From a virus (lineage: Duplodnaviria > Caudoviricetes), in IMG/VR virus record IMGVR_UViG_3300020045_003757, positions 1 through 36,662 of that record: 36,662 nt of DNA; one strand, 5' to 3'. Numbering within the stretch: position 1 is the stretch's first letter; the number at the start of each line of letters is the position of its first letter. Positions 25,113 to 34,486 of this stretch are shown here, one piece after another. A model generated the notes under the pieces. That model saw nothing but the letters and a program-made list of their open reading frames with translations. It was not told the origin of the DNA and ran no database searches. The translations under genes were made by a program, and so were the position numbers.

Positions 25113-25741
25113 TGCTAATCACCGCAAATATTGCGACGTATAAACCGCGTAAAGAATCGCTCAAACGAATGCTTGAATCAATCGAAAAGCAATTCGATGT
25201 AATCAATGTTTATGATAATGAGGTGATGCCCAACCTAACAGACAACGGTAAATTTATTAGACTAGAAACAATCACAGAACCTGAATACTATTTTACTTTA
25301 GATGATGATTTGATTTATCCACCTGACTATGTTTCAAAGACAATCGAATCAATTGAAAAGTACGGTTGTATCATAGCCCATCACGGCAGACAATTACAAG
25401 GAACGTTCCTAGATTATTACACAATGCACAAAACGTTTCGTTGTTTGAATGATGTTCATTTAGCAGAGATTGTTGACGTGTGTGGTACGGGAGTCACAGC
25501 ATTTAGAACGGATTACTTTCATCCTAAAGGACTTGCTTTTGATAAACGACTAAGAATGTCAGACCTCATATTTTCGCTTGAAGCCGCTAAACAAAAAAAG
25601 ACAATCGGTGTTGTCCCTCACGATTGCGGATGGATTAAACCGATAATGAATAAAGAATCAATATTTGACACTGAAAGTTTAAAAGGTAACGCAGTGCAGA
25701 ATGGAATTGCAAACGAAATATATTTACTCAATCATGGCTAA
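25112..25741 (+). CDS. GT-A fold glycosyltransferase
   Basis: ANIATYKPR, DNGKF, YYFTLDDDLIYPPDYV, GTGVTAF and RMSD. Confidence 0.8.
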   Translation: MLITANIATYKPRKESLKRMLESIEKQFDVINVYDNEVMPNLTDNGKFIRLETITEPEYYFTLDDDLIYPPDYVSKTIESIEKYGCIIAHHGRQLQGTFLDYYTMHKTFRCLNDVHLAEIVDVCGTGVTAFRTDYFHPKGLAFDKRLRMSDLIFSLEAAKQKKTIGVVPHDCGWIKPIMNKESIFDTESLKGNAVQNGIANEIYLLNHG

Positions 25742-26333
25742 AGAAGAAATAATAAATATCCCTGCACACATTGACGAAATGAGAATTAATCATTTGCCGT
25801 TCTTGTTGGAACTTACAAAATTCAAAGATGAAGAGCCAAGCATAATTGATAAGTGCAAACTAAATTCCATGTTCACAGGAATACCACTTGTGAAAATGAA
25901 ACGCTATTCAGCAAAGGATAACAAACAACTATTCAATACAATCAATGAGGCTTACTCTACGTACGTGCAAAAGCCTTGCCCTTTAGAATTAACTTATGAA
26001 GGCGTAACTTACACGTTCCGATATGATTTTACTTTGCATCCTGTTGATTGGGATGATGACTATAAATCAGCGCAACCCGAATTTGAAAACAATCCTATTG
26101 ATATTGTTTCATTCGCTTACATTGAAAAAGGAATGGCTTATGGTGAATCAGATGAACAACAAAACCCAAAAAACCCAAGACACGTAAGAAACGAAGTATT
26201 CAAACGTAACCTTCCTTTATCAACGTTCTTGGATATACAAGGTTTTTTTTTGCTGAGTTACAACGTTCTGCAACTATACTTAACAACGGAAAAAATCCAA
26301 CACCTACAAAAAAAGGTAGAAAGCCTAAGATAA
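25734..26333 (+). CDS. Tail assembly chaperone-like protein with a -1 frameshift product extending to 26488
   Basis: GGT TTT TTT TTG slippery run (T9 at 26243-26251). The -1 frame stays open for 78 further codons to TAG at 26486-26488. Confidence 0.65.
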   Translation: MAKEEIINIPAHIDEMRINHLPFLLELTKFKDEEPSIIDKCKLNSMFTGIPLVKMKRYSAKDNKQLFNTINEAYSTYVQKPCPLELTYEGVTYTFRYDFTLHPVDWDDDYKSAQPEFENNPIDIVSFAYIEKGMAYGESDEQQNPKNPRHVRNEVFKRNLPLSTFLDIQGFFLLSYNVLQLYLTTEKIQHLQKKVESLR

Positions 26334-26489
26334 ATTTGTACGCTTGGGAAGATTCTGCTTATTACGTTTCAAAGTACTACGGTCTAAGTGTTGAAGAGGT
26401 GCGTAGGTGGTCGCTAATCTACTTTAAGTTTAAAGCCGACTCAATCAATCACAGGGAAGCTAAAGAAAAAAAGTTCACAAAACGATAGC

Positions 26490-26513
26490 CACTTTTGATA
26501 TTCTCACTCTTTA
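26490..26513 (+). promoter_or_regulatory. Candidate late promoter motif, copy 1
   Basis: CACTTTTGATATTCTCACTCTTTA, 20/24 identical to 34443-34466. Confidence 0.5.
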
Positions 26514-26518
26514 GTTAA

Positions 26519-27049
26519 ATGGCTTTAGAATATCTACAAACTTTAGGACGTGCAAGACAATCTTTAAAAACGATTGCATCTACTCCTATCGGGGAAGTTC
26601 TTAGTATGTTTGCGCAGTATCAAATTGATACAATGAAGTCTATTCAAAAGAGATACGCAACAGGCTCACTCAATCAATCACTATCATTTCAATTCGGTAA
26701 AGACGAAGATGGAATCAGTGTTGAATTTCTTGCCAATGATTATTGGGATTTTATTAATTCAGGTGTTAACGGTCTTCAGAATAATTATGGTTCACCCTAT
26801 TCATTTGCACAATACGCAAAATCAACAACTACACAAGGTTTAAACTTCAAAGAATCAATTGGGCTTTGGATTCAATCAAAAGGAATATACGCTGAAGATG
26901 ATAACTATGATGGACTTGCTTATGTAATTATGAGAGCCGTCAAAGAAAAAGGAATCAGACCGAATCACTTTGTTGATGAAACTTTTAGTGACGAAGCATT
27001 AGAGCAATTAGAAGAGAATATTTTTAAAGCATTTCAAGAAATGTTATGA
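26519..27049 (+). CDS. Tail completion/neck protein (HK97 gp10-like)
   Basis: ATGSLNQSL...YWDFINSGV...AYVIMRAVKEKGIRPNHFV. Confidence 0.6.
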   Translation: MALEYLQTLGRARQSLKTIASTPIGEVLSMFAQYQIDTMKSIQKRYATGSLNQSLSFQFGKDEDGISVEFLANDYWDFINSGVNGLQNNYGSPYSFAQYAKSTTTQGLNFKESIGLWIQSKGIYAEDDNYDGLAYVIMRAVKEKGIRPNHFVDETFSDEALEQLEENIFKAFQEML

Positions 27050-28215
27050 GCGTAACTATACATCAATCACCGCAATTCTACACACCTTCAGATAATCCTG
27101 TTGTGTGGGTTTTCTCATCCAACCAAACGGCACAAACTAATTTTAGTTATTTGGTTTCTGTTTATATCAACGGGTCTTTAGATTCTGACAACGTTGTGTT
27201 TCCTGAAGATGGAATTTACGCACAGTTTGACGCGAGTGGAATTATATCACGCAACACACAACCACCTGTAATAAGTCAAACGGCAATTGAAGACGCTCAA
27301 AATTATTGTTCTTGTTATATCATAGTGACAGAGAGATACGGTTCACCCCCAACCTCACAAGCAGACGCAACAAGTTCATCTGTTAATTGTTGGAAGGCAA
27401 GAATTAAAGACGAAGACTTTGAAGATTACGATTACACGGATTACGCAATGGGTTCTGCAACAACCGTCTTACCTGTTACACAATTCCCAACAACGATTAA
27501 CCCGAAGATAAGAGTTGACGAACAACACCGCTTAATGGTTCTTTCAAACAACGATGAGATTACAAACGTCGAATATAATCTTTATGATTCAGATGATAAC
27601 ATTATAGTCACTGATGATATTACGGTATCTATCACTGAGCCTGTTTCAATCTTAAACATTTCACCTTCGGTTATAATCGCAGGAACAACAATAGTACTTT
27701 CAGATTTTGACAACTGCGCTTACTATACTGTACTGATTTATCCAACGACTGCAAACCCTGTTGAGTACCGAATGGATATGAATACGAATCACAGATACGA
27801 TTACGCAGCACGTCTTCACTTCCTTTCAATGTTTGGCTGTATAGAAGGTTTTAGTTTTGATTTGATAGCAAGACAATCGGCAGACGTAACGAGCGAGGGC
27901 TATCAAAGAAAGTTTGGGTACATCTCAGGAAACTCTTTTGTATTTGATTCTAACAGAGGGACTGATATTGACATTGCAAAAGTAACTACCAATAAATTAA
28001 CTGTTGAATCAGATTGGCTTTTACAAGACGAACAGAATTGGCTTGTTGAAAATATGTACGATTCACCTGCCGTTTATATTGAACAAACAGATTACGATTT
28101 AAAACGCGTGAAGGTTACGAATACTTCTTATGCTTCAATGATTCAGGAAAACGATACGCTTGTATCTGAAAAAGTAGAACTTATTGTAGGTAAGAAAACA
28201 TCTATGATTTTATGA
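27046..28215 (+). CDS. Virion structural protein (tail tip/baseplate-related)
   Basis: Acidic and beta-rich. C-terminal FLSMFGCIEGF...SDWL...SPAVYI pattern. Confidence 0.6.
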   Translation: MSVTIHQSPQFYTPSDNPVVWVFSSNQTAQTNFSYLVSVYINGSLDSDNVVFPEDGIYAQFDASGIISRNTQPPVISQTAIEDAQNYCSCYIIVTERYGSPPTSQADATSSSVNCWKARIKDEDFEDYDYTDYAMGSATTVLPVTQFPTTINPKIRVDEQHRLMVLSNNDEITNVEYNLYDSDDNIIVTDDITVSITEPVSILNISPSVIIAGTTIVLSDFDNCAYYTVLIYPTTANPVEYRMDMNTNHRYDYAARLHFLSMFGCIEGFSFDLIARQSADVTSEGYQRKFGYISGNSFVFDSNRGTDIDIAKVTTNKLTVESDWLLQDEQNWLVENMYDSPAVYIEQTDYDLKRVKVTNTSYASMIQENDTLVSEKVELIVGKKTSMIL

Positions 28216-30692
28216 TAGACTTCTTCATAAATAATAAACGCGTTGATTTAAAAGATGATATTCCATTCCCTTTAACTTATACGGTTGCTGATATAAAAGA
28301 ACCAAGTAAACGAAAAAGGGATATGAGTAAAACAATCTCTTTGCCAGGTACACAAAATAACCGTGAACTATTTGCAAGTGCTTACAATATTACTATCACA
28401 GATTTAAATCAAGATGGTGTAGGTTTTGAGTTTGACCCTACCATCCGTTATCCTGCTTATGCACTTCGTAATGGTAAATTAATATTTTCAGGATTTGCAA
28501 ACCTTCAGCAAGTAAGAGTAAACAATGAGATACCTGAATTTGATGTAGTGGCTTTTTCAACTATCATTGATTTATGGATTGCACTAGGTGATATGACAAT
28601 TGGTGAACTTGGTTGGAGTGAGTACGACCACACGCTGAGCATTGCTAATATAACGGCAACATGGACGGCTGCGCATGGTTCTGATGTTTGGTATCCTTTA
28701 ATTGATTTTGGTTATACTTCAAACTTATTATCTTACAAGACAAATGATTTAATTCTTGCCGTTTACTTTAAAGAGATAATTGAAAAGTGTTTAGCGATAA
28801 ACTCTAATACTCTTTCATCTTCACATATCAGTAGTACGTTATTTAAAAGACATACGTTGGTGCGTGGCGGTGGAGCAAAGACAACAATCACAACAGCCGA
28901 AGCAAATGATAGGCACGTTGAATATACTGGTGATGGTGCAACTCAGTACAACATCGAAGCGAATGTAATAGGAACAAATACTTTTTGGAATGATTACAGA
29001 ACGATTCCAATATCAGATAACGTTGCTTTAACTCTTACACTTGTTGATGATACCTTAAGTCAGTACGACGAATCAAATGGTTATTTGGATGTTGCTAATT
29101 CAGGTAAGTACCGTCTTCACGTTACAGGAAACTTAACGCTCTATTATGATTTTTCTTCAGCACTTTCAAACGAAAGCATAAACATAAATTTAAAATGTCG
29201 CTCACAGCTAAATGGAATTAACGGGCAGTGGTACGAACAAAACATAACAGCGAGTGCAGGGGGAAATACTGCGATACCTTTAGACCTTTTAATTGATTAT
29301 GACTTAAACTCAAACGATGAGTTATTTGTTTATTTTGAGATTTCTTCACAGGGGCAATGCTCAGGTAATGCGCTTGGCGAAACGTTAGACATAACTTTGG
29401 ATTTTAACAACGACCTCACTTATGATTTAAGTTCAATCAACGCAGAGATTATTGACGGTGATACGGTTTATGTTGCAGGACAACTACCAAACATTAAAGC
29501 GGTTGACTTCTTCAATGATGTTATCTTAATGCACAATCTTTATATTTCAGAACCAAACGATGAAGGAGTTGTAAAGATTGAGCCAATTACAAGTTATTAT
29601 AGAGCAACAAACGACACGGATAATTGGACTGACCAACTAGATAAAAAGAAAGAAATAAAAATAATTCCTACTATTAATATCGCTGAAGGTGCTGAATACT
29701 ATTTTGGATTTGCTGAGGATAGGGACGCTTACAAGCAAAACTATTTTGCACAAAAAGGAATTGATTACGGTGATATGATTTTTAAAGTGCCAGGCAACTT
29801 CAAGAAAGGCACAAAAGAATTTCGTTTAAAAACAATGGCGCAAAGTTGCCCCGTTAAATTAGACGGAGTAGATTTAATTATCCCTAGAATCGTAACATTA
29901 AACCCAACAACAGGATTTAGTTCACCATACAAAGGTAAAGCAAGATGTTTCTTAAATAACGGAAATATTTCTTGTGATAGTTGGGACTTGGTAAATTCAG
30001 ACACTTTGGTTGCAACCGCACAAACAACCTACCCAAGAGCGCATCATTTAGATTCGCTTAGTTCACCTACTTATGATTTGAATTGGATGAACCCTGAGTT
30101 TGTTTTTTATACTGCAACGGCTTACACTACATCTAATCTTTACGACAGATACTACAAAGGATTCTTAAGAGAGATTGCAAGTCGTGACGGTAAGATGCTT
30201 TGTGCTTACTTCAAATTAAACGAAGGCGATTTGTATAAAGATTTCATGCGAAGGCTTGTGAATATTTCAGGTTCTGTTTATCGTAAAAATCTAATCAAAG
30301 ATTTCGACGTAACAAAAAACAACACAGTTTACTGTGAACTTATAAAAGTAATTGAAGGTAGAACACGAAGGTCATTTACACCACAAACCGCAACGGGGGC
30401 GTTACCACAACCAAACACGACAGAGACCATTACAGCAAGTACTTATGTAGGTTCTCAACAAAAAAGTTATGTTATTGATACAACAGGCGGTGATGTTACA
30501 ATGACTTTCGATTCTACTCTTTATACTTATGACGAAGGTTCTGAATGGGATTTTGTAAAGATTGGCGGCAATGATTTGATATTTACAATAGTTGGTGGTG
30601 AAACATTAAGCGGCGATACAAGTGTAACGGTAAGCAGAGATTACGACGCGCCAAATATTATCTATAAACAAGGTGAATTTTATTTTAATTAG
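28212..30692 (+). CDS. Large tail tip / hub protein
   Basis: N-terminal DIKEPSKRKRDMSKTISLPGTQNN pattern, YPLIDFG, 826 aa. Confidence 0.65.
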   Translation: MIDFFINNKRVDLKDDIPFPLTYTVADIKEPSKRKRDMSKTISLPGTQNNRELFASAYNITITDLNQDGVGFEFDPTIRYPAYALRNGKLIFSGFANLQQVRVNNEIPEFDVVAFSTIIDLWIALGDMTIGELGWSEYDHTLSIANITATWTAAHGSDVWYPLIDFGYTSNLLSYKTNDLILAVYFKEIIEKCLAINSNTLSSSHISSTLFKRHTLVRGGGAKTTITTAEANDRHVEYTGDGATQYNIEANVIGTNTFWNDYRTIPISDNVALTLTLVDDTLSQYDESNGYLDVANSGKYRLHVTGNLTLYYDFSSALSNESININLKCRSQLNGINGQWYEQNITASAGGNTAIPLDLLIDYDLNSNDELFVYFEISSQGQCSGNALGETLDITLDFNNDLTYDLSSINAEIIDGDTVYVAGQLPNIKAVDFFNDVILMHNLYISEPNDEGVVKIEPITSYYRATNDTDNWTDQLDKKKEIKIIPTINIAEGAEYYFGFAEDRDAYKQNYFAQKGIDYGDMIFKVPGNFKKGTKEFRLKTMAQSCPVKLDGVDLIIPRIVTLNPTTGFSSPYKGKARCFLNNGNISCDSWDLVNSDTLVATAQTTYPRAHHLDSLSSPTYDLNWMNPEFVFYTATAYTTSNLYDRYYKGFLREIASRDGKMLCAYFKLNEGDLYKDFMRRLVNISGSVYRKNLIKDFDVTKNNTVYCELIKVIEGRTRRSFTPQTATGALPQPNTTETITASTYVGSQQKSYVIDTTGGDVTMTFDSTLYTYDEGSEWDFVKIGGNDLIFTIVGGETLSGDTSVTVSRDYDAPNIIYKQGEFYFN

Positions 30693-30694
30693 TT

Positions 30695-31924
30695 ATGAGT
30701 TATTACGGAAATACAGGATTAACAAATGATGCGCAGTTAGATGCTTTTGGTAGGCTTCCTGTTTCATCACCTCAAACATTATTTGATGCTCAATTTACTT
30801 ATGACTTACAACCGTTATTATACGAGCGTGTAATAAGTAACGGAGCGACATCTACAATAACTCACGACTCAACAAATAGACGTGCAAAGATTTCATTTGT
30901 TTCTACTCCAACAGGCAACAATTGTTACTTACAATCGTATGAGCATTTTAGGTATCAACCTGGCAAGGCTCAACAAATATTTATCACTTTTAATTTTGGT
31001 GCAAACGTTGCGAATGTAATTGACATTGCGCAATACGGTGATTTAACCAACGCTTTTAGATTTCAAAGAAATGGCGGTATTTTATATTTCAGTTTGATTT
31101 CAGCAACTTCGGCAGGTGACCAAGATGTAGCGCAATCAAGTTGGAATGTTGATAAAATGGATGGGACGGGCGCAAGTGGTTTTACTTTAGATATGACTAA
31201 AACTCAAATCTTAGTTATAGATTTTCAAGCCTTGTATGTTGGTAGGGTTCGATTTGGATTTGACGTTGATGGGATAGTTTATTGGTGTCATGAATTTTTA
31301 AATGCCAACTCTGAAACATACCCATACATTCAAACTGCAAACCTTCCAATAATGGTTGGTATGTTTAGTAGCGGTGGAACGGTTACAAAAGATTTATATT
31401 TTTCTTGCTCCTCTGTTATTTCGATGGGTGGAGTAGATGAAACAGTAGGGTATGGATTTAACACACCTGACACAACGGTAACGGCAGGTAACGCAACAAG
31501 AACTCACCTTGTATCTTTACGTCCTAAAACAACTTTCAATTCAATTACAAATAGGACAAAACTTTTTGAGATTGAGATTGAGATTTTAGTAACAGGTAAC
31601 TCACCTGTATTTTATGAGTTATGTATCGGTCAGGCTTTTTCTGTTGCCCCAACCTATGCAGATGTGAACGCTACTTACTCAGCAAACGAATACGGAACGG
31701 GTGGTACGCTTTCAGGTAATCCAACTATTGTAATTGATTCAGGTTATATCCCTGCTTCTAATACAGTCAAATCTTCGGTAGGTAAAAAGATTACGGGAAA
31801 ATATCCTATCACTTTAGACCAAGCGGGGGCGGTTCGTTCTTTGGGAACTTTAACATTATTGGTTCAAGGTCTTGGGGCTGGTAGTGTAACACGTGGAGTA
31901 ATTAAATTTAAAGAAATAAGATAA
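30695..31924 (+). CDS. Virion protein with lectin-like beta-sandwich
   Basis: DAFGRL...TLFD, RYQPGK, QSSWNVDKMDGTG and YVGRVRFGF. Located in the tail region. Confidence 0.55.
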   Translation: MSYYGNTGLTNDAQLDAFGRLPVSSPQTLFDAQFTYDLQPLLYERVISNGATSTITHDSTNRRAKISFVSTPTGNNCYLQSYEHFRYQPGKAQQIFITFNFGANVANVIDIAQYGDLTNAFRFQRNGGILYFSLISATSAGDQDVAQSSWNVDKMDGTGASGFTLDMTKTQILVIDFQALYVGRVRFGFDVDGIVYWCHEFLNANSETYPYIQTANLPIMVGMFSSGGTVTKDLYFSCSSVISMGGVDETVGYGFNTPDTTVTAGNATRTHLVSLRPKTTFNSITNRTKLFEIEIEILVTGNSPVFYELCIGQAFSVAPTYADVNATYSANEYGTGGTLSGNPTIVIDSGYIPASNTVKSSVGKKITGKYPITLDQAGAVRSLGTLTLLVQGLGAGSVTRGVIKFKEIR

Positions 31925-32211
31925 TGGCAAACATAGTAGTTACAAGTACAGCTAATTCAATTGAAGTTGATTTTGGCGTTTATGCAGGGGGTAGTATTCC
32001 AAAAAAAAGAACCTACAATAAAGATAAAACAATTTTGTTTTTTTCACTTGAACCTTCGGATGCTTTTGTGTCTGCTATATCAGAGGGTAGCGCACAATGG
32101 AATTTAGCCTATACAGCAACAACAAACTGCTTTATAGTTGATTCAGTAGCGGGGGCAGCACCTTCTAGCAATTCAGATTTATACGATAAATTAAAAGCAC
32201 TCATAGCGTAA
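31924..32211 (+). CDS. Small virion-associated hypothetical protein
   Basis: TAATG coupling within the tail region. Confidence 0.55.
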   Translation: MANIVVTSTANSIEVDFGVYAGGSIPKKRTYNKDKTILFFSLEPSDAFVSAISEGSAQWNLAYTATTNCFIVDSVAGAAPSSNSDLYDKLKALIA

Positions 32212-32213
32212 TT

Positions 32214-34436
32214 ATGGCAGAAAGAGTAATAGCGGTTAAGATGACGCTTGATGCAGGTGAAACTGTATCAGAGGTAAACAAAGTTGAGCAAAGTTTAAAA
32301 GGCGTTGACGAACAAATCAACGACATTGCAGCCGACTCCAAGAAGATTAAAACTATTGAAGAGCGTTACACTGCGTTAAATAAAGCCGTTGCATCAGGCG
32401 AACTATCTCAAAGACAACTTGCAAAGGCTGTTAAAGAATACATGACCATCGCAATCCAAGCAGGTGAAAATTCACCAATTGGAAAAGCAGCATTACAAGA
32501 AGCAGGACAACTAAAAGATAGGCTCGGAGATTTAGCGGCATCAGTAAACAACCTATCTAAAGATGGTAGAGGTTTACAAACTGCTTTGCAATTAGGACAG
32601 GGTGTAATGGGTGGTTACTCTGCCTTTCAGGGAATCGTTGCGCTCACAGGAAAAGAAAACGAAGACTTAACTAAAACGATAATGAAACTTCAAGCGGCTC
32701 AGTCTGTCTTGATGGGAATAGAATCGTTACACGCATCTCTTCAAAAAGAAACTTTACTAAGAAAGAAATTAGATTCTTATTGGACAGGGATTCAAACAGC
32801 AGCCACAACGGCTTATACAGCAGTAGTCGGAACGTCAACAGGTGCATTAAAATTATTTAGACTTGCTTTAATTTCAACAGGAATTGGGGCGCTAATCGTT
32901 GCTATCGGTTTACTAATCGCAAACTTTGACGCGGTAGTTAGTGCGATTAAATCAGCAACAAACGCCTTACTGGCTTTCTTTGGTTTGGTAGATTTAGAAC
33001 AACAGAAAGCCGAAGAGCAAACGATTGCAGCAACCAAAGCACTCAAAGAGCAATCAGCACAACGCTTAAAAGATATTGACGCGCTACGTGAGGCTGAAGC
33101 CAAAGCGCACTCATCAAGACAAAAGGCTTTTGATTTAGAGATTGCACGAATGGAAGCAGAGGGTAAGTCTTCCCGTGAATTAAAGTTAGCAAAGATTCAA
33201 GATTTACTTGATGAACAAAAGGCAATCTTAGAAAGTAACTCCGCAAAGATTCAGGTTTGGGTTGATTACTATACACAACTTGCTGCGCTTCGTGGTCAGT
33301 CAAATGAAGAGTTTAAAGCATCAATGTTAAAGCAAGGTGTAGATTTAGATTCATTACAAAAGCAATCTGAAGAAATGCTTCAGTCTAATCGCGATGCAGT
33401 TTATTCGGCAGAGACAGAACTAATCGCATTAAAGAATCAGTTTAGAGATGAAGACCGAAAATCAGGTGAACAAGCGGCAGCCGATAAAAAGAAACTACTT
33501 GAAAAGGAAGTAGAAGACCGTAAGAAATTTCAAGACGAACTTGATAAAATCTTTGCAGAACAAAAAGCCGAAGAAGAAAAAAGACTTCAAGATATTTATG
33601 ATAGAACTTTAGCGGCTAATAAAAAACTTCACGAATTAAGAATCGAAGAAAGCGAAAGTGAATTTGATGACTTAGCGTATGCACACGAATTAAGAATGGA
33701 AGGTTTAGATGAAACCATTCCTGCAGAAAATGAACTTCGTTTGTATTACGAAGATTTATATTTAAAAGAAAAGCAAGCCTTAACTGACAAATACGCTGAA
33801 GAGCAAAAGGAAAAAGAAGAGGCAGAGGACGAAGCGCGTAAAGCACGCAACAAAGAGATTCTTGAATCAACAATGGAACTTGCAACAACTATAAACGACT
33901 TTGCAAATCAAATTGGTGAAAACAGAATTAACAGAATACAAAACGAAGCAAGACAAGAATTAGCAGTTGAGGGATTAACAGCACAACAAAAGTACGCGAT
34001 TGAATTAAGGGCGGCACAAGAAACAGATAAGATTGCTAAACGACAATTCAACAGAAACAAAGCGTTCAATATTGCCAATGCAGTAATGGACACGGCAGCC
34101 GCAATTTCTAAATCAGTTGCCGCCTCACCTACCACATTCGGTTTACCGTTCTCGGCTTTTGCAGCCGCTACGGGTGCGTTCCAAATCGCAACAATAGCAG
34201 CACAACAATTTGAAGGAACTGCTTCTAACATTACTCCGCCTTCATTCTCAACGGGCGGTGGTTCAACTTCGGGTGGCGGAAGTTCATCGAGTGGGAACTC
34301 TTCACAAACGGGTGACGCTAACACAGGGGTAACAACCAACATAAATCCTTTAATTAATAAAATAGTAATGGTTGAAACTGATGTGACTGACACGGTTAAG
34401 AAGGTTGCTAAGATGGAAGAGATTGCCACTCTATAA
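32214..34436 (+). CDS. Tape measure-like protein
   Basis: Ala/Leu/Glu-rich and helical, with TM segment ALISTGIGALIVAIGLLIA, a long coiled coil and a Gly/Ser-rich C-terminus. Confidence 0.75.
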   Translation: MAERVIAVKMTLDAGETVSEVNKVEQSLKGVDEQINDIAADSKKIKTIEERYTALNKAVASGELSQRQLAKAVKEYMTIAIQAGENSPIGKAALQEAGQLKDRLGDLAASVNNLSKDGRGLQTALQLGQGVMGGYSAFQGIVALTGKENEDLTKTIMKLQAAQSVLMGIESLHASLQKETLLRKKLDSYWTGIQTAATTAYTAVVGTSTGALKLFRLALISTGIGALIVAIGLLIANFDAVVSAIKSATNALLAFFGLVDLEQQKAEEQTIAATKALKEQSAQRLKDIDALREAEAKAHSSRQKAFDLEIARMEAEGKSSRELKLAKIQDLLDEQKAILESNSAKIQVWVDYYTQLAALRGQSNEEFKASMLKQGVDLDSLQKQSEEMLQSNRDAVYSAETELIALKNQFRDEDRKSGEQAAADKKKLLEKEVEDRKKFQDELDKIFAEQKAEEEKRLQDIYDRTLAANKKLHELRIEESESEFDDLAYAHELRMEGLDETIPAENELRLYYEDLYLKEKQALTDKYAEEQKEKEEAEDEARKARNKEILESTMELATTINDFANQIGENRINRIQNEARQELAVEGLTAQQKYAIELRAAQETDKIAKRQFNRNKAFNIANAVMDTAAAISKSVAASPTTFGLPFSAFAAATGAFQIATIAAQQFEGTASNITPPSFSTGGGSTSGGGSSSSGNSSQTGDANTGVTTNINPLINKIVMVETDVTDTVKKVAKMEEIATL

Positions 34437-34442
34437 AACGGA

Positions 34443-34466
34443 CACTTTAGATTGTATCACTCTTTA
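34443..34466 (+). promoter_or_regulatory. Candidate late promoter motif, copy 2
   Basis: CACTTTAGATTGTATCACTCTTTA upstream of the protease-capsid operon. Confidence 0.5.
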
Positions 34467-34486
34467 TTTCTGAAGAGACTTTCTTT

